In this document: piece after piece, positions 13,723-27,270 of the stretch
Layout of the letters: every line of letters starts with the position of its first letter
Position numbering within the stretch: the stretch's first letter is position 1
From: Salpingoeca rosetta
Lineage: Eukaryota > Protista > Choanoflagellata
Length of the DNA: 64,000 nt
Direction of reading: 5' to 3'
NCBI GenBank assembly: GCA_033442325.1
Contig: JAWQFM010000033.1
Coordinates: forward strand, 413,029-477,028
Program-made: the position numbers and the translations under genes
The notes under the pieces: model-generated
The model's input: only the letters and a program-made list of their open reading frames with translations
The model's database searches: none
Told to the model about the DNA's origin: nothing

Positions 13723-14396
13723 TCGGGGGGGGGGGTTAACGGGTGTGCGAATATGTGTGTGTGAACAGGGGTGTTTGCATGTGTATGTGTGCGTGGGCAG
13801 GCTTCGCAGTTCAGCAACAGCCATCACACACAAACACAATATCACACACAAACACAATATCACACACAACACACACACACAACACAACACACACACACAC
13901 ACACATAAATGCAACACGATCAAGCCCTGACCGGTTCGAGAACGCCAGAGGATGGCTCTTCGCTGATTTCATCTTCGTCAAAGTTGGGAGCAGCTCCGTT
14001 GCAGTTTGCACAGCTGCCGGCACCATGCGAGCATCGTGTTGATGGTGGTGATGGTCCGTTGTACAATCCAATGCCAGTCGCAGACACGTGACTGGAACGC
14101 TGCTGCTGTGGTGGTGATTGCAACGGCGTGTCAGCATCGCTGGATGGATAACGCCCACGCCCTGGCCGCTGATGCTGTAGATGCTTTTCGTATCGCATGA
14201 GCCTGCCACCCTCCGACCTTCGCCCCCCTTCGCTCGTGCGTGGTCGCCGATGTGCAGATGCGCTTCTGCTGCGCGCGTGTGTTGATGGGATCACAGATCG
14301 TGAGCGCGTGTGCCCATTCGTTGTCGTCTCATCGCCGTCATCAGCCTGTGCTGGACTGTCACGTCTGGTACGTGCGACAGAGCGAAAGTGTGAATG

Positions 14397-14427
<31 letters not shown>

Positions 14428-15168
14428 AAGAGAGAAAGAAAATGTGTGTGCGAGGAAGCGAACCACCTATCTGTGTTCTGTCCATCATAAATGTAACAAC
14501 AACCCGCCCAAAGCACCAACACCAACCATACACACACAAACAGCCATTGCCATGAGTGATTTGCGCTCACCTGAAGCGAGCTGTGACTGCGAGATATTGA
14601 TCGACATCGTCCAGCGACGCAACGGGGAAATGATTCGAGCGTCTGTCATTCTTGTCATTGCCACCACCATCACCATCTTCGTCGTCGTCACTGTCACAAT
14701 AGAGATCACGTTGGTGGTGGCTGCGATGCTGTGTGGGCACACGTGTCGTTTCATCTTCCTCCTGCACTGCTGTGAGCGCAGAGTCTCGCGAACGAAACTG
14801 GGGGGAGATGCTTGTTGGCGGCGTTGCTGTCGAGTAAAACACACATGCCAGGCGTTGTACGAAACAGAGAGAGAGGGGGAGAGAAGAGCGAAGCACGTGA
14901 GGGTGAGTGAGGTACATTCGTGTGTGTCTGTGTGTGTCTGTGTGTGTGTGTGTGTGCGCGCGTGCAGTTGCTGAGATGGAAGCAATTTGTCTGGCACTGG
15001 CTGGTCTTGAGAAACACAATCAAGTACAAGAAGAAATCGTGCATCACGTGTATCACACACACAGACCACGCAAGCACTAGAGCACTCACTTGGCCTGGCA
15101 CTCATGTGTGCAGTTGAAGTCGAGAACGAAAACACATCGGAGTCCTCCCGTGATTGCGACAACTTGCG

Positions 15169-15266
<98 letters not shown>

Positions 15267-15887
15267 TTGATGTAGAAGTGAGCGAATGGCTGCATCACAT
15301 CAACAGCCCTCTTCCCCATCCCATCCCACCTCATTCCGTTACACCACACCACCACTGCCACCACCACTCACCGCGCGCGTGCAAGGCGACGGGGCGATGA
15401 TCCAGCCGACTTTGATCGCACTTCAGTTGGCGAGCTGCTGCTGTGTCGCCGCCGCTGCTGCTGCTGGTGTTGATGTGAGGGTTCTGGTTGGTGCGATGGC
15501 TGTTGCTGTGTTTGCTGGTCATCGTCGTATTGGTGGCTGCTGTGGAGTGGTGGGGTTGTGGGTCGCGACGACACGAGAACACACGCGTCCATCTCGTTTG
15601 GGCTCTCGTCCTGCTCATACACCGTCGCAGCTCCCTCGCCACAGCCATCTTGCATTGTAGTCGATGCCACTGATGCCTCGTCCTCATCTTCGTCCTCGGC
15701 GATGTGGGGCATGCGCATGACATACCCAGCGCCACTGCCACCCAGCGCACCAGTGCGGCTGCCGTTGCTGCTGCTCAGCGATCGATCCCCGCGCTTCGGA
15801 AGGGCCTGCAGTGAACGTGAGGAGGAGGAGGAGGGAGTACATTGTTGCATGTACGTGAGTGAGAGCGAGAGAGAGAGAGAGAGAGAG

Positions 15888-15955
<68 letters not shown>

Positions 15956-16978
15956 CATGCATCTGAAGAGGGATTCTCACCAAACCACGTGCACATACGT
16001 AACCACCACATCACAACTACAACCATCAATCACAATCACCACCCACCCCCACCCCTTTAATCACCATCGCCATCATCGCCGTCACCACCATGCATGTACC
16101 GCGGGAATGAGGGAGCGAGAGCGGTTGCGACCCGGTCGCGGATGATGCGCCATCGGCCCTCCAAACATCGCCGATCGACTTCGCTGTCGCCCATTCCTCC
16201 CTCTGCCACCATCACCGTCGTCACCAGTACCACTGCCATGTTGGTGGTGGTGGTGGCTGTTGGTGACGGAGTGTGAGTAGCCACTGTAACCGCTGAATCG
16301 GCCAGCTGTGCTGATGCTGTCACGATGTGAGCTCATAACGATGGACGACACACAGCTCTCATCACGGGAGCAAGGTAACGCGTGCTCGCGTGCCATGATC
16401 ATCTCACTCAAGTTCACATGTCCACCATCATCGCCATGGCCATCACCATCATGATGATTGTCGTCGTCGTCACCATCGTCGTTGTCGCTCGCACCGCTGC
16501 CAACAGCCATGCGAGCGCGGTGTGTGCTCCTCCTCTTGCGGTTTCTGGCCTGTCTGCCATGGCCACTGCTGCTGTTCTTGCTGTTGGTGGTGGTGCAGGT
16601 GAGTGCTGCCAGGTCGTCGTCATCGTAGCTGACACGGATGCCACCGCTTGCCGTTGCTGGCCGCTGCATGTTTCCATATGAAGTGCGACAGTGCTCATAC
16701 TGCTCGTGATGCAACTGCTGTGCTGACGCAACATGGGGCAGTGGCTCCAATCGATCCTCGGTCTCCATGTCACCTCGACCTTGTTCACCTTCTCCTACAT
16801 CAGAAAGTCGAGCTCCTGGCGCTTGTGACGATGATGAAGGTGGTGGTGGTGGCTGTTGTTGTTTCTGTTGCTGCTGTTGATGTTGTTGGTCTGTCGCGGT
16901 CGCATTCTGAACGCGTGCACGCCAACGGTTGCTGATCTTCAACACAGCGGCGCCATTCGATTGCGCAAGTGCTGTGCA

Positions 16979-17053
<75 letters not shown>

Positions 17054-19500
17054 TACGGGTGAGATATGTATGTGGTGTATGTGTGGATGTGTATGTGTGC
17101 GTAGATCGCGCGCGTGAAAAGCAAAGGAAAAACATGCGTGTGGGTGGGGGAGGGTGGATTATGCTATGGATACAGCAGCATAGAAAACATCGGAAGGTCG
17201 TGGGTATGCACGCGCGCGTGTGTACCTTGCAAGTCGCTCGAAAGAACGTCGTGCTGACTTGGCTGACGATCAGCACTCTCATGTGGCAATGAAGGCTCTG
17301 TTGCAGTGTTGTCGGGGTGGAATGGAGTTGCAGGCATGCAAACGGTGGCAGACGTTGATGATAAGGGTGCAGACGGCGAGAATAGTAGACACAGTCTGCA
17401 GCAGCAACACGCACACGCACACGCACACGCACACGCGCACGCAAACAGGCATGCACCCGCTTATACAGCTACATATCACTCACGGTGGTGGGTAGGGGAA
17501 GTGGTTTCAGCACGAAGAGTGGATGATTTGTCCGGTTTTCCATCCTTGGGGCGAAACGCGCGCTGATGGGCACGACGCACTTCCGGCGGCACAGACTAGT
17601 GGTGGTGGCGGTGACGATGATGTGTATGTATGTATGTATGTGTGTGTATGTGTGTATGTATGTATGTATGTGTGTGTGTGTGTGTTTGAATAAGAAGGGC
17701 AACACAACAAGTGCAGGCATGCAAAACACATCTCTGTGCAAATGCATGTACAACTCGACACCACGAGCACCTCTGATCGTCGTTCCCTGCAGGCCTGACG
17801 TGCAATGTCTTCCTCTTCATCGTCAAGACCATCTGTATTGTGGTGGCAGTGGTGGAGATGGTGGAGGTGATGAAGATGATACTGGCGTGCGCAAACACGC
17901 GGACACATGTACACATGACAACACATCACATAGACACATGCACAGACACGCGCACACAGACACACACGTACACTCAACTTACCGTCGGATGCTGTGCGAA
18001 GGGCACGGAGACGCAACAAAGAGTCTCTATCCTTTGCGCTCACGCCGAGTTTCTTGTGCTTGATGAGGATTTTGCCTCTGAGGGCCTGTGGTGACGGCAG
18101 TTCATCCTTGTCGTGTCCAGGCAGCATCTGCGTCAACAACTTGTCGCCAAACACTTCCACAAAGTACCGTGCCATCTTCTCTTGCTGCAGTAGTGGTGTG
18201 TTGGGGGGGGGGGCAAAACGTGATGGTGGTTGTGATGATGGGTGGGTGGGGATGAGTGAGGGCATTTAAGTGTGACAAGCACGCTTATTTGCATTGTTCT
18301 TCTTTCAACACAGAATCCCTCGAAAATGAGCACACAACACAAGCACCACACACGGCATCGAGAGAAACAAGCACACGGCACCTGCTTGATGCTGCAGTGG
18401 TCTTCGAGGGAGAGGATGAGCGGATAATCCGAGCTGACAAATGCATAATCGTTGATGGCCCGCACCACAGACGCGAACTTGATGCGCGATGTGAATGCAA
18501 ACGCTCCGTTGAACGGCAGCCTGTTATCGTGCACAGTTGCACAGGCAAGCGAGGTATGTGTGTGTGTGTATGTGTGTGTATGTGTGTATGTGTGTGTGTG
18601 TGTATGTGTGTATGTGTGTGTGTGTGTGTTAGGGAGTGGGTGAGCGGGGGAGAGAATGAGTAAATACACATGGGTGAGGCTTGAGCGTACAGGTTGGCAT
18701 CGCAGTATTGAATCTGAAACTGTACTCCCAAACCTTCAAGCACACGCTCGCGCACATACGCAGGCACACAGTCTTCACAGTCTTCACAGTCTTCACACCA
18801 ATGTCGGAAAAGTAAGACCAAGGTGCGTTCGCGTGGACAAATCATCGCGACTTACGCTGCGGCGTGCGTGATATCTGGTTCGCCATCATCGCCATCCCAG
18901 CAGTCCAACTCGACGGACCGGCAGGCGCGCAGCAGGCACTGCACATACATCTCCACGGACGACTCACAGCCTTTCTGGCGCTCGCTCACGTATGTGTTGT
19001 GGGAGGAAGAGGCAAAGTAGTGCGAGAGCGGCTGCGTCATATCTTGGCACACGTGGCGGTGGGCCGGATCAAGGGCGCTCCCGTGCTCGTCGCTCAGCAG
19101 ATACGCAACGAACCTGAAGATTGGGAGAAGTTCGGGGAAATGTTGAGATGGGAAGGATTGGAAGGCGGTGAGTTGTGGCTGCAGTGAGCATTCTTTTGCA
19201 CACGCTCACGTGTGCGTGTGTGAACAATGAAATCGAACAACACCCGCGATGGTGGCGTGCGAACGAATGTTTCCATGACATACGCACGCGATAACGTGTC
19301 CTTATTTCCAACATACCCTGCTAGTGAGAGCCGGTGGTGGTGTCGCAATGTTGGTGATGGTTCATATTGGTCCACAATCTTCCATCGCTCCTCCTTGGAT
19401 GGCTCCTCCTCTTGCTCGCAATGGAGGAACAAATCAAACGCGTCATCCGTCATCCTAACACATGGACGTGCGCGTTTGTGGGTGATGGGTGAGATGTGTT

Positions 19501-19532
<32 letters not shown>

Positions 19533-20649
19533 ATGGGTGTGATGTGTTTGTGTGTGTGTGATGGGTGTGTGTGTGTGTGTGTGTGGCAGGGCGAAGGTGT
19601 GAGTAGACGAGTGTGCATGTCTGTAATCGACCGTAAGCCATCACAACCGTCGTCGCTGTCGTGACTCGCATGTGCTTGTGCTTGCAGGCAAAAGAGCATG
19701 CGTCAACCACCAACCACCAACAACTTACGCTTGATAAACGCTGCCTGTGTATTTGACGAACACATCTGCAAGTTCCGGATGCATCACAGCCACGTGCGCG
19801 TAATAGACTGCGCTCGCATGCACCAGCGTGTCCTAGATGGGTGGAAATATAGAGCAGTGTGTGTGTGAGTGTGAGTGTGTGTGTGTGAGTGTGAGTGTGA
19901 GTGTGTGTGTGAGTATGGGTGTGTGAGTGTGAGTGCGCAGCATGTACTGCAGTGCGAAGACACTGACGCCTTCTCTCGTCAACGTCGACAACCACTATTC
20001 TCATCACGCACATAAGCACATCACATCAAAAGCCATGACATGTACACATTCTAGTCTTACTGGCGTGTCAGTGTCTGTCAAGGACAGGAATTCGCGCACA
20101 CGCAATTGCGTTGCAGCCAATGTGGAGACGCAGCTATAGCCACGGAGACAGGACAAAACCACCAGAGGGAGCGACGTGTGATGGTGTGAGGTGAGGACTC
20201 GTGGAACCGCAGATGTGTCAGGGGTATGATACCGCCTTCAAAGGGAGAAGAAAAAGGCCATCTTTGCTGCATCAACAAGGGTCAGGATGCGTTGTGCACA
20301 CACGCGCGCGCACACATGCATGCACACATTTGTACACGTTCTTCATTCACACATGTATGCAAACACGTGCGCACCTGTGGTCCACTGGCATTGCGTTCAC
20401 ACCGCGCGCCAGCTTGGCAAGAAGTGTAGTGTCTGAGAGTGGCTGATTGCCTGCATGCAACGCGACAAACAGCCGCTGCAGCCGCACTGCAAAACTATCA
20501 AAACGCGGCTTCATTGAAATGCGAAGCAGCGCCCTGAGTCCTCCCACCCATGCTTGCACCGCTGTTGCATCTAGGCCTCTGAGGTTCAGAAATGACCAGT
20601 CCATCCAGTGGTGCCAAAACACTGCGGTGTGTGCGTGTGCGTGTGTGCG

Positions 20650-20706
<57 letters not shown>

Positions 20707-20758
20707 GTGAGTGTGTGTGTATGTGTGTGTGTGTGTGTAAGTGTGTGTGTAAGTGTGT

Positions 20759-20792
<34 letters not shown>

Positions 20793-22163
20793 TGTGTGTG
20801 TAGTGTGTGGTGTGTGTGTGTGTGTGTGTGTGTGTGTAAGTGTGTGTGTGTGTGTGATTGTGTGTGTGTGAGTGCACGCGTATGTGTCGTGCCATTGCAT
20901 GTTCGTAAGCATAGGGAACGCATGCATAGCGTACATGTGCTTGCTCGCAACCAGTCATACCAATGCAGAATGCGTCGTGAACTGGCACGACTTCGCCGTG
21001 TTTCGCTTTGAGATCGTTGCCTGCAGGCATGAGTCCCCATCTGGCATCACAGATGCTCTCGATCTCGATGCGCACACGTGGCGTGCCATTGCGAAAGATG
21101 ACAATGCGGTCATACTGCGACGACAACTGTGGTGTGTATGTGCGTGTGCGTTGTGTGTGGAAAGAGTAGCGTGAGGCAGGTGAGGTGTTGGTAATGGCGT
21201 GTGTGTGTGTGTGTCTGTGTCTGTGTGTGTGTCTGTGTATTCCACCTGCTTTTGGTTTCACTGCAATGACATGTGTACATACGCGACTGAGAACCATGCA
21301 GCGAATACTCGCGTGTGCTCACCTGAAGTGTGACGCGGACAATTGCACTCTTCTCACGCACACTGAAGAAATCAGTGCCCCTGTCGTGTTGAATGGTGGT
21401 GGTTGAGACACGTGTGAATGAGTGCGGAGTGTGCACGTGACGGGAGAGTGCATATCAGCGGGAACAGAATCAGCGAGTGCGCAGAAACAGCTGTGCTTCT
21501 AGCATGAATTGTACGATGGTACGATGCATGCAAGCAAACCACCATGCATGCTTGCAAGCAAAAAGCATACTTGGTCATGATGGCCAGGGCATCTTCAAGG
21601 TGAAGGTCTTGTTGGTGCTCGTGAGCGGCGTGCATTGACACAGCGCCCTCTACTTCGACTGTTTGGAACGTGTCCACGGGATGCCTTGCTTCGGCTTGCG
21701 TCTGCCAGATCAAAATCCACCCAACGACGGTTCGTGCACGTATTGAATCAAGGATGTGATCTCGCCCAAGCACACACGCACACACATGCATACACACATT
21801 CACACATTCACATACACACACATATACATACACAAGCACACACACACATGTATACACACATACACACATACACACATACGTGTGTACGCACCAGGGAGAA
21901 GACGGGGGCGAGTGTCGTGATCTCGTCATATCGAAGGGCCGTGGTGTACGGCCGTCTTCTTCGCTCCATGACTGGGGATGACTGTTTGCTTGCGGTCGCT
22001 GCGGGTTGCAAGCCGTGCCGAGAACGGGACGAGGGAAGGGAATGAAAGTGTGAGTGAACAGTTGTGTCAATGTAAGACTTGCGACATCAAGCACGCACAC
22101 ACAAGGGATATACACATATACAAACACACAAAACACACACGCAAGCAGAGATACACACACTCA

Positions 22164-22247
<84 letters not shown>

Positions 22248-22251
22248 GAGA

Positions 22252-22298
<47 letters not shown>

Positions 22299-22342
22299 GT
22301 ACGTGATTGAACCTGTGTCGTCCCAGCTGGGGACGACAGCAT
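3375..22342 (-). CDS. Giant multi-exon phosphoinositide-specific phospholipase C (PH, EF-hand, X, Y, C2) with long C-terminal extension
   Basis: X box [19 protein letters not shown]...VELDCWDG...SLEDHC...[17 protein letters not shown]; Y box SDLVIY...MSSFN...[17 protein letters not shown]...GCQL...[10 protein letters not shown]; C2 GYRKISL; PH end [10 protein letters not shown]. In-frame GT-AG junctions checked by eye: 22303/21971, 21892/21701, 21571/21380, 9261/9060, 4208/3623. ATG at 22342 and the X-Y linker exons are less certain. Confidence 0.9.
4775..4865 (-). repeat. 33-bp coding minisatellite ([11 protein letters not shown], ~3 copies) in the PLC tail
   Basis: Read directly from the sequence and translation. 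Confidence 0.9.
7225..7500 (-). other. Talin/kindlin FERM-F3 (PTB/PH-fold)-like domain in the PLC tail
   Basis: [73 protein letters not shown]: predicted beta strands plus a C-terminal helix, resembling the F3 pattern D-x-x-T-G...L-x-x-(L/M)-K-x-W. Confidence 0.6.
8630..8985 (-). other. Ubiquitin-fold/RA-like globular domain in the PLC tail
   Basis: VFIHV...[24 protein letters not shown]...ELVL...FIFYV: beta-beta-alpha-beta pattern embedded in low-complexity sequence. Confidence 0.4.
12420..13513 (-). other. PLC catalytic Y domain (4 exons)
   Basis: [65 protein letters not shown]. Confidence 0.95.
18045..19050 (-). other. PLC catalytic X domain (3 exons)
   Basis: [25 protein letters not shown] and KILIKHKK motifs. 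Confidence 0.95.
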
Positions 22343-23615
22343 GGTGGCAATCCCTTTCTCTTCCTCTTCTCAGCACACGTGGTGTAAGGATTGTGCCGGG
22401 TGTGTTGAATGGACCTCTCCGCTGTGTTGGTGTCTGTTGTGTGAAGCCGCAGTCAAGGTCATGCAGAAAGATAAATGAGGAAATAAGTCGAGCGACTTGT
22501 GTGTGCACCCGGTGTACGTCGTGTGTTGTGCTTCTTGAGACATGGGGGTTTGTCGGCCAAAGGAACCGTGCCTTCTTTTTGCGCTGCATCCAAACCTCGC
22601 AGCCAAACATACAAAGGCACACACATGCACACATGCAGAAAAGCGGTGCGTGGCTTGTGCATGTGCCACTCGCGCCCATGCTATGGCCCAACAAGCAGCA
22701 TGCATGCCACGACGCCGCACCTTTGTGGGTTTTGAAAGTTGCTGCTGTCGCAGTGTTGTTGTCAAACTGTGACAGCAAAACACACACACACACATGCAAG
22801 GGTTGCCGGTGTGGTCGTGTGTGGTGGTGGGAAGCAAGGCACACGTATGCAAGCCGTGAGTATTCGAACACAGGAGGTCAGCAACATGCAAACAACGCAA
22901 CAAAGACGATTGTCACGGAGCTACCCCATCCAAGCTGCTCAAGTGACAGAACCGAACAAACATCAACCAACCAACCAACCAACCAATCAACCAGCCATAT
23001 GAATCTTGCAGATAGGGGACCAACCTTCTCGTCACTGCTGATTGGTGGGGTGGAGGTGATGAGGAGGATGCTCCTCAAACTCAACCAGCAAGCAAGAAGC
23101 AGGCAAGAGAGAGCAAGGGAGCGATTGAGGGAGCGAGAGCGAGTCTGTTCGGGGTTGTTGGTTCTGCGTGTTGTTGGTTCGGTCGGTTGGACGTGCATGC
23201 ATGTGTGTGCGCGATCGGCCTGTCTGCCTTGATTGCGTCTTTGTTCGCTCGGGTTGTCACAGTCAAATTCGTCAGCCGTGTGGGTGTGTGAGGCGTGCTT
23301 CACACACTCCCTCTGCAACGACAAGCAGCCAACCTGCTGTCGTTGTTGATCTGGGGTGGCTGCACACTCGCCAAACAAAACGAGAAACCAGGCACAGAAA
23401 AAACCCAACCCTGTTAAACGCCTTCATCGCCACCTGCGACGCCTCGAACAAGTGCGATTGTATGCCGATTCGTCAGGCAGAACGCAACCACAAAGTCCTT
23501 CCCACCTCGTGCAAATGTGGTAAAAAAGATTTTGCCTTTGTTGACGGTTGTTGGTAAAACAAAAGTCTGCGAAGGACGTTGTGAACGAACAGGAAGCAAA
23601 AGAGCGGAAGTGGAG

Positions 23616-23742
23616 ATGGCTGCGTTGGCTGTGAGGCGGATGGACGCCACGGTTGGCAGTGTCATCGCCGTCGCCATTATGCTGTGGTGAGTGCGTGTGA
23701 GTGAGAGAAAGAGAGCGAGAGAGTGTGTGTGTGAGTGAGTGA

Positions 23743-23787
<45 letters not shown>

Positions 23788-23819
23788 CGTGCGTGTCGTG
23801 TGTGTGTGTGTGTTGTGTG

Positions 23820-23859
<40 letters not shown>

Positions 23860-24240
23860 CGGGTGTGTGTTCTTTTGTGTGGGTGTGTGGGTTAGCCTGT
23901 GTGTGTCTGTTGCTGACCCTCCATTCCGCGCGCACACACACGCACACACACACACTCACACACGTGCGCGCATAAAATCAATTTGCAGGCTGATGCTGTC
24001 GCTGCGACCAGCAGTGCGGCCTGCACAATCCATGGACGACATTGCGGTGGACATGCACTGTCACACCACGGAGTCTGATGGAGATCGCACAGCAGAGGAG
24101 CAGCTCAAGGTCGGTCGCAACGAAAGGAGAACAGAAGAAAAAGAAGGAAGAGGCGGAGTAGGAGTAGGAGGAGGAGGAGGAGGAGGAGGAGGAGGAGGGA
24201 GGAGGAGAACGACCATACGTACGCACCCGTGTATTTGCAT

Positions 24241-24282
<42 letters not shown>

Positions 24283-24995
24283 GCACGCACATTCATGCAC
24301 GCACGCGCACACGCACACACACGCACACACACACACACACACGCACGCACATTCACGCACGTACGCGCACACGCACACACACGCACCACCCCACCCCAAA
24401 TATCAACGAACAGGAGGCTGCACGCATTGGGCTGGATGCGCTGTGGATCACAGACCACGATATGATCCGGGACTTGCCACGCACACGGGAGATTCAGAAG
24501 GCGGCAAAGAAGGCCGGCGTTGGTGTTGGGTTTGGCGTTGAGATCACGGTTGAGTGGGAGAAGAAGGAACACCACCTCCTCGGCTATTTCCCAGACTCCG
24601 CCTGGAGTGCACGCCAGCTCTCCCCCGAGATGGTCACGTTGCAGCGCGAATGTGCCAAGGTCCGCATTCATGCATCCTTGTGCATGCGACTGTGTATGTG
24701 TGTGTATGTGTGTGCAGCAACATGTTGCTCTTCATTGCTCTTCATTGCTTCCCATTGCTGCCCATTGTTGCTCGTTGCTGTGACTTGACTTTGTCGTGCC
24801 GCTGATCGACTGCTTCTCTGCCACACTACCTGCACTGTACAGGTCAAGACGAGCCGTGAGACGCGCAACAACAACATGGTCTCCTTCCTCAACACGCTGC
24901 TGGCTTCGGACGCGGGCAAACCCTACTTCATATCCGCCGATCGCCACGCCGCCTTTAAACCCCTCGTCGTCAATGAGGTGCCTTGCGCGCGCATG

Positions 24996-25093
<98 letters not shown>

Positions 25094-25298
25094 TTTGTTT
25101 GTCTGTATGTTCGCGCGCATGTTTGTGCGTGTGTATACATGTGTGTCTGTATGTGTATGTACATGTGTTCACTTGCCACCCCTCTCATTATTGCTGTCAG
25201 GTTGCCGAGTGGGCGAAAGAAAACGCCAACTTGATGGAGCCAACTTCTCTCGGCCGCCCACACTTCCGGTGTGTACGTGTGCCTCTGTGTGCGTGTGC

Positions 25299-25365
<67 letters not shown>

Positions 25366-26001
25366 CGTGTGTGTGTTTGTGTGCACGCTCGCCCCCCTCT
25401 CTGTGGATGCCTTTCCTTGTCAATGCACCCTTGCAGTTGCACCACTCCAAACATTCCGTTCACGCTGCACACGTGTGTCCATCCACCAGTGCGTACCTGA
25501 TTGAGGTGGTCGGCATCCGCGAAGATCTCATCTTTGGCCCACGCGCAGGCGATGGTGTTGCAACGGTACGTACACGCACACGCGCACACACGCGCACATG
25601 CAATGCGGTGTTGCGAATGTGATTGGTGCTGTGTACCTGTTGGGTGTGTGTATGTGTGTGTGTATGTGTGCGTGTGTATGTTTGCATGTGTGACCCTCTT
25701 TTTTATGTGTACGTGTGTGTGTGTGTTTGCATCCGTATGGCTGTTGCGCTGCAGCGTGTCGCTTGACATGTACATTCATTCATTCATTCACGTGTGCCTT
25801 CATGCCCTCTCCCCCTTCCTTTATCGCCACCAACCACCACCACCACCATCAATCATTGGTGCCGCCAGCTGACGGCAGATGGTGATGTGTTCTACGATGA
25901 GGATCGCGAGGGCAAAACCGGGGTTGAGCTGGAAGCCCTCATGCACTCCGCGGTACACACACGATGGATTGGTGTTGTTGTTGTTTAAGTTGTTGTTTAA
26001 G

Positions 26002-26035
<34 letters not shown>

Positions 26036-26052
26036 AGTTGTTGTTGTTTAAG

Positions 26053-26086
<34 letters not shown>

Positions 26087-26107
26087 AGTTGTTGTTGTTG
26101 CTGTTGC

Positions 26108-26147
<40 letters not shown>

Positions 26148-26773
26148 GCTGATTTGGTAGGGCCTTGCTATCACTCACAACATTCAACCCAATCACCGTC
26201 TGCATCACCATGCTCGCCATCACGACGACCATCGCCATGACCACTCACGATCACCGTCGCCTGCTCGTGTTCAGACCCTCGCCAAGCGCGACATTGCGTT
26301 CCGCCCGCTCCCAATCATCGACGCCATCAAACTCATCAACGCAGCAGGTGTGTCTGTTTGTCTACGTGCGTGTGTGTGTGTGTCTGTTTGCATGCGTCTG
26401 TGTGACTGTTTGCCTGTGTATGTGTGTGTGTCTGTGAAATGACTGTGCCATGTGTTGCTTTGCTCCCCACATTTCCCCCACACTCCCTCTTACCAACACA
26501 CAATCACCCCTTCGTTCAGGTGGCCGCGCTGTGCTCGCCCATCCGCCCACGCTCGGCTCAAAGTGGAAAACCGTCTTCGTCGACAAGTACGATGCGACCT
26601 GGGTGTGGTGTGAATTGCGAGTATCAACATCTTACACACACACACACACTCACACACTCACTCACTCACTCACTCATTCACACACTCACTCACTCACTCA
26701 CTCACTCACTCACTCACTCACTCATTCACTCACTCACTCACACACTCACACACTCACTCACTTACTCACTCAC

Positions 26774-26805
<32 letters not shown>

Positions 26806-27270
26806 TCACTCACTCACTCACTCACTCACGCTCACTATTGCGCGCACAGGGTTGGCGACCTAGCAGCCGCCGGGCTGTGGGGCATTGAGGCGTTCAGTTC
26901 TGAGATTGATGAGGAGAATCACGCCATTATTGCCGGTCTCGCTCAGAAGTACAATCTCGTCATGACCGCTGGATCAGACAATCACGGCTCCCTCAAGGTG
27001 GCGTCTGTGTGTCTGTGTGCGTCTGTCTGTCTGTCTGTCTGTCTGTGTGTGCGTTTTCGCCCACCTTCCAGCTTATCGTCTTGTCTCAACTCTCCCCCCC
27101 CCACACACACACCCTCACATCCTCACACATACACGTGCACATACACCCACCAGATCTATGCGCACCTTGGCGAGGTGAAGCGGCACGGCACTGCCGCGTA
27201 TGCTGAGCTTGAGTACTGGGCCCGCCACGGTCTCAGGGAAAGCGCTCGCCTGCAGAACGAGGAGCTTTAG
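23616..27270 (+). CDS. PHP-family (polymerase/histidinol phosphatase) metal-dependent phosphoesterase, TrpH/YciV-like, about 11 exons
   Basis: Motifs [21 protein letters not shown]...[34 protein letters not shown]. Exon 1 (23616-23686) joins in frame to 23989; stop TAG at 27268-27270. Confidence 0.9.
25972..26199 (-). mobile_element. Short repeated element (~53 nt head + (CAA)n tail), copy B, intronic
   Basis: Head at 26147-26199 is 51/53 identical to 51713-51765. CAA tail is interrupted several times by CTTAAA. Confidence 0.6.

Noticed and set aside
22054-23232. 392-aa ORF and many other HTHT/VCVC ORFs
   Set aside because: Translations of (CA)n/(GT)n microsatellites in introns and intergenic DNA
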